Shown here: one piece after another, positions 7,162-12,857 of the stretch
Position numbering within the stretch: the first letter of the stretch is position 1
Layout: every line of letters begins with the position of its first letter
Origin: Methanobacteriota archaeon
Lineage (GTDB): Archaea; Hydrothermarchaeota; Hydrothermarchaeia; Hydrothermarchaeales; JACRDW01
Assembly (NCBI GenBank): GCA_043820925.1
Contig: JBDRDL010000050.1
Location: forward strand, 1 to 12,857
Length of the DNA stretch: 12,857 bases
Direction: 5' to 3'
The notes under the pieces: model-generated
The model's database searches: none
The model's input: the letters and a program-made list of their open reading frames with translations, nothing else
Told to the model about the DNA's origin: nothing
Position numbers and translations under genes: made by a program

Positions 7162-9057
7162 CTATGGTTTCATTAGATGCTTCTTTGGCAACGGTTTTTC
7201 TACGCCCTTCGGCAGCGGAATCAAATCTTTGATTTTCTCCAGCAGGCTCTCCTTGTCATCGCCCCATGCAAGAGCATGCTCCAAAGCTTGAGAGAGGTTT
7301 TTAGCAGGGATTATCTTTACAGTGTTTCTGATCTTCTTTTCAAGCATTACATCTTTGAGATTTTCGCTCGGGATTATAACACTCTTAATGCCGGCTGCGG
7401 CTGCCGCCTCAATTTTTGCAGTTACGCCGCCAACCGGCAGCACATCGCCACGCACGCTCAGGCTTCCGGTCATCGCCACGCTCTGGTCCACTGGAATATT
7501 CTCTAAAGCTGAAATAACAGCAGTTGCCACAGATATGCTTGCGCTGTCTCCCTCAACTCCTTCATAGGTCTGCAAAAATTGTATGTGCACATCGTAGTTA
7601 GATATATCACGACCGGTGTGCTTTTTAATGAGCGCACTCACGTTCTGAATCGCTTCTTTTGCAATTATTCTCAGCTTGCCGGTGGCGATTATCTTGCCCT
7701 CTTCCCTGCTCTGAGCCGGAGCAACTTCCGCAACTATTGGCAGTATTACTCCGCTGTCGCCGCCTATAACCGCCAAGCCATTTACCCTGCCTATTTCCTT
7801 GCCCTCGACCACATAAACGCTGTAGTCTTTTTTAATGCTTATATAGCGGTCTGCAATCTGCTGCTCCAGAGTTTTTGCAATGTTCTTTGCCTTCAGTACA
7901 TGCTTCGCTTCAACGCAAGGTGCATCTTCGCTCCTCGCAACATCGCCTGCTGCCCTGACCAGTCCTCCAAGTCCACGCAACTTTAGTGTTAGCTTTCCCT
8001 TCCTTCCTGACCTTTTCCCTGCTTCTTTAATAATTTCCATCACAGCATCTCTCGTGAAGTGAGGTATCTTCTTGTCCTTGACCACTTCTTGGGATACAAA
8101 CTGCACAAGTTTATTCCTGTTTTCCGGGGTATCATCGATAACGTCCTTCATGTAAATCTCATAGCCATAGCCACAAATTCTGCTTCTCAGCGCAGGGTGC
8201 ACGCCCTTCATCGCTTCCAAATTACCTGCAGCAATCAGAATAAAATCGCAGGGCACTGGCTCTGTTCTTACCATTGCTCCGCTTGACCGCTCGCTCTGCC
8301 CTGTAATCGAGTGCTTCTTCTCCTGCATCGCAGAAAGCAAGTTCTGCTGGGACTCTATCCCGAGAGTTGAAAGCTCATCTATGAAAAGCACGCCCCTATG
8401 TGACCTGTGGATAGCTCCTGCCTCGATTAAGTCATGAGAAGGTGTTTCCAAACCTCCGGATTGGAATGGGTCGTGCCTTACATCGCCGAGCAGGGCTCCT
8501 GCATGCGAACCTGTAGCATCGATGAAAGGCGCCTTCTTCTTCCCAGCGTTGTTGACCAAAATTTTCGGAACGAGCACATTTTCCTTGACCTTTATGTACT
8601 GGCGGCCCATGAGCAGAAATACTGCAGCAATTATTCCCCCGAACAAGAATATCGGCTGCCCAAGTATTATTGCATAGTAGAAAACGATAAACAGTATGGA
8701 AATGAAAAGCATCTTGAACATCATATTGATCGGAGCTTCCACCCTTCTTTTCTGTTCTTTATATTTCTCTACAATTTTCTCCCCTTCCCCTGCTTTAATA
8801 ACCTCAACCCTCGGATTGTTTTTGTCCAGAGGATTTGGATGAATTAGTACGTCCTCAAGCTCTTCTACAGGCAGAAGCTCGCTCATCGCCAAGCCGAGCA
8901 TGCTCTTTCCAGTTCCTGGCTCCCCAATTAAAAGAATGTGCCTCTTCTGCCTCGCAGCCTTTCTTATAATTTCGACAGCATGCTCCTGCCCGATTACCTG
9001 GTCAACTAAATTCTGTGGTACTTTAATTTCTTCAGTAGTTTTGAAATTTAATTCCAT
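7162..9057 (-). CDS. lonB: Archaeal membrane-anchored ATP-dependent protease LonB
   Basis: DQVIGQEHA, Walker A GEPGTGKS, two transmembrane segments, GDVRHDPFQSGG, Walker B LFIDE, catalytic Ser (EGDSAS) and Lys (GGVTAK). Start placed at ATG 9057 (MELNFKTT), since the longer ORF start at 9111 crosses the TATA box and the repeat. 631 aa, no intein. Confidence 0.96.
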   Translation of the reverse strand: MELNFKTTEEIKVPQNLVDQVIGQEHAVEIIRKAARQKRHILLIGEPGTGKSMLGLAMSELLPVEELEDVLIHPNPLDKNNPRVEVIKAGEGEKIVEKYKEQKRRVEAPINMMFKMLFISILFIVFYYAIILGQPIFLFGGIIAAVFLLMGRQYIKVKENVLVPKILVNNAGKKKAPFIDATGSHAGALLGDVRHDPFQSGGLETPSHDLIEAGAIHRSHRGVLFIDELSTLGIESQQNLLSAMQEKKHSITGQSERSSGAMVRTEPVPCDFILIAAGNLEAMKGVHPALRSRICGYGYEIYMKDVIDDTPENRNKLVQFVSQEVVKDKKIPHFTRDAVMEIIKEAGKRSGRKGKLTLKLRGLGGLVRAAGDVARSEDAPCVEAKHVLKAKNIAKTLEQQIADRYISIKKDYSVYVVEGKEIGRVNGLAVIGGDSGVILPIVAEVAPAQSREEGKIIATGKLRIIAKEAIQNVSALIKKHTGRDISNYDVHIQFLQTYEGVEGDSASISVATAVISALENIPVDQSVAMTGSLSVRGDVLPVGGVTAKIEAAAAAGIKSVIIPSENLKDVMLEKKIRNTVKIIPAKNLSQALEHALAWGDDKESLLEKIKDLIPLPKGVEKPLPKKHLMKP

Positions 9058-9082
9058 TGAACTGCATTTACTACTTTCAGGC

Positions 9083-9093
9083 TTATATACCTT
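9083..9093 (-). promoter_or_regulatory. Putative BRE/TATA of lonB
   Basis: Minus strand reads AAGGTATATAA, ending 26 nt before ATG 9057, which is canonical archaeal spacing for a leaderless or short-leader mRNA. Confidence 0.6.
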
Positions 9094-9097
9094 TAGC

Positions 9098-9215
9098 ACA
9101 CTACATAGCAATAAGTCTTGCGCACTACCGAAGGTAGGCGCAATGGTATTGCGGCTTGCTATCGCAAATGCTATGTAGTGTTAGTTCTCTTCCGCAAGGA
9201 GTTAGGAAGCTAACA
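9098..9215. repeat. Mosaic palindromic element between the lonB and prs promoters
   Basis: A perfect 13-bp inverted repeat ACACTACATAGCA (9098-9110) / TGCTATGTAGTGT (9169-9181) encloses module B (9122-9167). It is followed by a TGTTAG...CTAACA hairpin (9179-9215) containing TTCCGCAAGGA (9190-9200), identical to the reverse complement of 5872-5882. Confidence 0.82.
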
Positions 9216-9221
9216 GCATAA

Positions 9222-9229
9222 TTTATATA
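9222..9229 (+). promoter_or_regulatory. Putative TATA box of prs
   Basis: TTTATATA about 32 nt upstream of ATG 9261, with a GGTGA ribosome-binding site at 9252-9256. Confidence 0.6.
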
Positions 9230-9260
9230 CCAAAAGAAATTAACTTCCGCTGGTGAATTC

Positions 9261-10133
9261 ATGGCGATAGTTTTTGGAGGCTCGGCGTGTCAAATCTTAG
9301 CGAAAGAGGTAGCTGACGAGCTTAATTTCGAGCTGGGGCAGCCGATAATAAAAAATTTTCCAGACGGCGAGCGCTACCTCCGCATCGACAGCGATGTTAA
9401 GGGCAAAGACTGCATTGTTATTCAATCGACCTCGAAGCCGCAGGATTCCAACCTGTTTGAGCTTCTCACAATTCTCGAAACTCTTAAGGATTTGGGAGCA
9501 GCTAAAATTTCTACAGTAGTACCATATTTTGGTTACGGAAGGCAGGACAAGCGCTTCCTCGAGGGCGAAGCTGTGAGCGCAAGAGTTGCCGCCAAGCACA
9601 TCCAGCTGAATTCTGACGAATTCTTCACAATAAATGTTCACCAAACCGAGATTCTAAAATTTTTCAGTATACCCGCAACCGTCTTAGACGCAGCGCCGAT
9701 GCTCGGGGATTATTTCAAAACCCATGAACTGGAGGCTCCGGTCGTGATTGGTCCGGATAAAGGGGCAATAGAACTGGCGAAGAACGTGGCAAGCATTATA
9801 GGATGCGGCTCTGACTACCTTGAGAAGCGGAGAATTGCCCCGGGCCAGGTAGAGATGAAGCCGAAAACTCTTGACATCGCAGATAAAGATGTTATACTCG
9901 TGGACGATATGATAGATTCAGGAGGCACCATGCTCGAAGCCATAAACATGCTGAGAGCGCAGAAAGCAGACAATGTACTCGTGGGCTGCGTGCACCCTGT
10001 ATTAACAGGAAACGTTGTCACGAGATTATTCGGCGCAGGTGCGGTTGACGTGATTGCAACAAATACAATTCCCTCAGAGATAAGCTTCATAACTGCTGCT
10101 CCGCTTATAGTGAATGCGCTGAAGAGAGAGTGA
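9261..10133 (+). CDS. prs: Ribose-phosphate pyrophosphokinase (PRPP synthetase)
   Basis: Motifs FPDGERY, VPYFGYGRQDKRF, GPDKGA and the PRPP-binding VILVDDMIDSGGTM. Confidence 0.96.
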   Translation: MAIVFGGSACQILAKEVADELNFELGQPIIKNFPDGERYLRIDSDVKGKDCIVIQSTSKPQDSNLFELLTILETLKDLGAAKISTVVPYFGYGRQDKRFLEGEAVSARVAAKHIQLNSDEFFTINVHQTEILKFFSIPATVLDAAPMLGDYFKTHELEAPVVIGPDKGAIELAKNVASIIGCGSDYLEKRRIAPGQVEMKPKTLDIADKDVILVDDMIDSGGTMLEAINMLRAQKADNVLVGCVHPVLTGNVVTRLFGAGAVDVIATNTIPSEISFITAAPLIVNALKRE

Positions 10134-10902
10134 GTAGCCTCACCAAATCTGCCCTTGTCACTATGCCCGCAAGCTTTTCTTTCTCTGTTACAGGGATTCC
10201 GGATATGCTGTTCTCAAGCATTAGCTTTGCTGCATCTGCAACAGTTGCATCGACTTCTAGGGTTTTGACGTCCTGGGTCATGACGTCTCCCACGAGCATG
10301 TTTCGAATCCTCCTGTGCTGATACCTGTCGGCGAGCTTTTTAAACTTCCCCAGAGCCCTTACCAAATCTCGCTCGGTCAGTATTCCAACAACCTCTCCTT
10401 CTTCAACTACAACCAGTCCACTGATTTTGTTATCCAGCATCAATCTTCTGGCATGAACTATCCTGTCGGTAGGAGGAACAGCGATCACGTGCCTGCTCAG
10501 TATGCTGCCCAGCTTTTCTTTGCGGTCTTTCAGAACCTTGAGTAAATCGGTGGCTGTCACGATGCCTGTAAGTCGCCCTCCGTCAATGACTGGAAGGGAG
10601 TTAATTTTATTCTGCACCATTAAAAGAGCTGCTTCCCTCACCTCCGCATCTTTTTCTACCACGATCAAATTAGAGCGCACAGCTGTAGAGACGTGCAGGC
10701 TCGAGGGGAGGAGCTTCCGATGCCTCGAGGAGCCCAGAGTCTCAACTACGTCTTTCTCGGTAACAATGCCGCACAGGTTTCCTGAATCGGTAACAACTAC
10801 TCTGGAAATTCTGTTTTTCTCCAGAAGTTTTATCGCATCTGAAAGCTTCCTGTTTTTGTCTATTGTAATTACGTTTCTGGTCATTACATCCTTCACCAGC
10901 AT
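10105..10902 (-). CDS. Stand-alone CBS-domain protein (four CBS motifs)
   Basis: Repeated VKDVMT / ISRVVV..GIVTEKD / INSLPV..GIVTATD / ISGLVV..GILTERD / ISGIPV..GIVTRAD. GGGGTGA ribosome-binding site at 10907-10913. Confidence 0.92.
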   Translation of the reverse strand: MLVKDVMTRNVITIDKNRKLSDAIKLLEKNRISRVVVTDSGNLCGIVTEKDVVETLGSSRHRKLLPSSLHVSTAVRSNLIVVEKDAEVREAALLMVQNKINSLPVIDGGRLTGIVTATDLLKVLKDRKEKLGSILSRHVIAVPPTDRIVHARRLMLDNKISGLVVVEEGEVVGILTERDLVRALGKFKKLADRYQHRRIRNMLVGDVMTQDVKTLEVDATVADAAKLMLENSISGIPVTEKEKLAGIVTRADLVRLLTLSSAHSL

Positions 10903-10906
10903 TGCA

Positions 10907-11764
10907 TCACCCCCATAAAATTCCCCTTGCTATATCTGTCTTGGTGATTATTCCTTCTAATTCGTCTTCTTCATTGACCACAGGAAGAGAGGAAATTTCA
11001 TTTTTGTACATGCTCTTGGCAGCCTCTGCTGCATCGTCTTCTGCAAGGGCTGTGAGCAAGTTTGTGCTCATGAGGTCTTCTGCAACTGCCAGAGGAAAAG
11101 TCCTTATATGCCTGTACATAGGTCTGACCGCCTGCTTTGGCTTCCTCACGTATAGTACTCTTCTAATCTTAATTCCCCTGCCTCTGTCGTGGACATCTGC
11201 GAAGGATAGGTCGCTCGAAGTAACGATTCCTATCGGCTTCCTGCCGTCCACGATGACTATCCTCCCGAAGTTGTTTTCATTCATCAGCTCTACTAAATGA
11301 CTCATTGTATGGTGCCTGTTGGCTGTTACCACGTTTTTGCTCATGAGCTCCCTATTTTTGAAAACGCTTGCATAATTTTCAGCGTATGCTCTCAGCAGGT
11401 CTGTTTTTGTAACAATGCCGACTAAAAACTCCCCATCAAGTATTAAGATAGAGGAAATGTTCTTTTTAATCATCAGCTCTGCGGCTTTTTTTATTGAAGT
11501 ACTTGGAGGCAGTGTTATGAGATTTTTACTCATCACCCTGCTCAGCGCTATCGTATCGATAGGTCTCCTCCTCCAAGGTGCACTTCCAATGCCTAACCTT
11601 CGGGCAATATCCTTCTTGGTTATTATTCCCACCGGCTTTTCGCCTTCAACCACGACTACCCTGCTAAATTTTTTCTTGAGCATTAGGTTCCTCACATAAG
11701 AAACAGTTTCAGTAGAAGGAGCAACCGCAACCTCGGAACTCATGCATTTCTCTATTTCCACCAT
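10907..11764 (-). CDS. Stand-alone CBS-domain protein (four CBS motifs)
   Basis: FSRVVV..GIITKKD, ISSILI..GIVTKTD, FGRIVI..GIVTSSD and ISSLPV..GIITKTD. Confidence 0.92.
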   Translation of the reverse strand: MVEIEKCMSSEVAVAPSTETVSYVRNLMLKKKFSRVVVVEGEKPVGIITKKDIARRLGIGSAPWRRRPIDTIALSRVMSKNLITLPPSTSIKKAAELMIKKNISSILILDGEFLVGIVTKTDLLRAYAENYASVFKNRELMSKNVVTANRHHTMSHLVELMNENNFGRIVIVDGRKPIGIVTSSDLSFADVHDRGRGIKIRRVLYVRKPKQAVRPMYRHIRTFPLAVAEDLMSTNLLTALAEDDAAEAAKSMYKNEISSLPVVNEEDELEGIITKTDIARGILWG

Positions 11765-11787
11765 GTGCTATCTTTGCTTTTCCTGTG

Positions 11788-11799
11788 ATAAATATTTAT
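11788..11799. promoter_or_regulatory. Palindromic bidirectional TATA-like element
   Basis: ATAAATATTTAT is a perfect 12-bp palindrome located exactly 24 nt from both divergent start codons (11764 and 11823). Confidence 0.55.
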
Positions 11800-11822
11800 T
11801 GTTTGGCGGTCGAGTTTAATTC

Positions 11823-12839
11823 ATGAGAATTTTCTTTATTTTATCAGGAGAACACCCCACGCTTCCAAAGGCAGAGGTCTTAGCAGCTCTGGAAAGCATC
11901 GGTGCAGAGTTTCGCATTTTGCAGGATTTAACACAAGTTCTAGTTTTGGAGACTGACAAAATAAATGCGCTGCACGAGAGAATAGCCCTGAGCCACGCCC
12001 TCTGCGAATTCTTTGGAGCTTGCAATGCGGATATGAAGGAAATTATCAAACTGACAGAGAAGAGCGGCATTAAAATCCATGGCAGCTTTGCTGTAAGGGT
12101 AAAGAGAATTGCGATAGCAAGACCGCAAGTCAGAAAAATAAGCACCATGGAGCTGGAGAGGAATATCGGAAAAATTATTAAAGGCAGGGCTGACTTGAAA
12201 ACTCCAGAAAATCTGATCTACGGTGTTTTGAGCGATAAATTCGTGCTCGGAAAGCTGATGCATAAAATAGACAGGTCGGAGTACGAAAAAAGGAAGCCTC
12301 ATCTCAGACCATACTTCCGTCCGGGAGTAATGCTGCCCAGAAACTGCAGAGCAGTTGTCAATCTAACGAGAGTTAGAGCAGGGCAAAAATTTCTCGACCC
12401 ATTCTGCGGAACTGGCGGGTTTCTAATAGAGGCAGGTTTGGTGGGGGCAAATGTGTATGGGTGCGACATAGACAGCGAGGCGGTGGAGGGATGTGAAAAA
12501 AATCTCGGATACTGCGGGATAAAAAATTATAAACTCGAGGTAAGCGATGCCAGAGCGCTCAAGCACAAATATAAAAACTTCTTCGATGCGATAGCGACCG
12601 ACCCGCCGTATGGAATCTCCACAAGCACCAAAGGCTTGGAGCTCGAAGAATTGTACAAAAGCTCTATCGCATCATTTTACGAAATACTGAAGCCAAGCAA
12701 ATACGCCTGTGTTATTGCTCCAAGCAAGGTTGCCTTAGAAAAAATTGCAGAAGGTGCTGGATTCGAGGTCTTGGAAAAGCACTTCGAAAGAATTCATAGA
12801 AGTCTAATCAGGAAAATCCTGGTTATCAGGAAGGTTTGA
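11823..12839 (+). CDS. trmG10: tRNA (guanine(10)-N2)-dimethyltransferase, THUMP + Rossmann-fold methyltransferase
   Basis: N-terminal LSGEHPTLP.AE, THUMP SFAVRVKR..ELERNIG, RPYFRPG.M.P, SAM motif LDPFCGTGG, TDPPYG and C-terminal RIHRSL.R. Confidence 0.92.
   Translation: MRIFFILSGEHPTLPKAEVLAALESIGAEFRILQDLTQVLVLETDKINALHERIALSHALCEFFGACNADMKEIIKLTEKSGIKIHGSFAVRVKRIAIARPQVRKISTMELERNIGKIIKGRADLKTPENLIYGVLSDKFVLGKLMHKIDRSEYEKRKPHLRPYFRPGVMLPRNCRAVVNLTRVRAGQKFLDPFCGTGGFLIEAGLVGANVYGCDIDSEAVEGCEKNLGYCGIKNYKLEVSDARALKHKYKNFFDAIATDPPYGISTSTKGLELEELYKSSIASFYEILKPSKYACVIAPSKVALEKIAEGAGFEVLEKHFERIHRSLIRKILVIRKV
12109..12128 (+). repeat. 20-bp fragment of module B inside trm11
   Basis: TTGCGATAGCAAGACCGCAA versus the reverse complement of 9149-9167, TTGCGATAGCAAG-CCGCAA (19/20, one gap), and versus 5820-5838, TTGCGTGAGCAAGACCG-AA. 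Confidence 0.65.
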
Positions 12840-12857
12840 GTGATTCGCATACCTCTG

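Noticed and set aside
7180..7220. PLPK duplication and CCGAAGG in the LonB C-terminal tail
   Set aside because: Only a 7-nt match to module B within a low-complexity tail, which is insufficient evidence.
7162..9111. Intein in LonB, and the extended N-terminus from 9111
   Set aside because: The length (631 aa) and continuous motifs leave no room for an intein. The extension starts at a TTG inside the repeat and crosses the TATA box.
3312..9215. CRISPR array interpretation of the repeats
   Set aside because: Copies are dispersed, inverted and nested, with no regular repeat-spacer period and no cas genes.
9098..9215. tRNA, SRP RNA, C/D or H/ACA sRNA
   Set aside because: I could find no cloverleaf or T-loop and no C/D boxes or K-turn, and the region is too short for archaeal SRP RNA. 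Its homology to other dispersed copies explains the structure better.
58..12302. Numerous 60-140 aa ORFs antisense to or overlapping the called genes
   Set aside because: These are shadow ORFs of well-supported genes, with no recognisable motifs.

Overview
This is an archaeal chromosomal window, most likely from a euryarchaeote (membrane-anchored LonB, Trm11/TrmG10, GGTGA ribosome-binding sites, TATA-box promoters; a finer lineage cannot be assigned from sequence alone). It has 13 housekeeping-type CDSs. A minus-strand run encodes TldD, TldE/PmbA, a small DMT/EamA-like transporter, a PflX-like radical SAM protein, an MBL hydrolase, UPF0248/DUF504 and a CBS-ParB protein cut by the window edge. 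The remaining genes are DUF1015 (+), lonB (-), prs (+), two four-CBS-domain genes (-) and trm11 (+). The most notable signal is non-genic: a family of short, modular palindromic repeats built from C-GNNA-G / C-GAA-G mini-hairpins. Copies lie in both long divergent intergenic regions (5799-5887, flanked by an 8-bp direct repeat; 9098-9215). One copy is a 42-bp in-frame insertion in tldE (3313-3354), and a 20-bp piece lies in trm11 (12109-12128). The family resembles REP/BIME elements or coding-inserted palindromes (Rickettsia RPE, M. jannaschii MJRE). No mobilising enzyme is present in the window. A 25-codon ORF coupled to the tldD stop also resembles a relic of the tldE 5' end.
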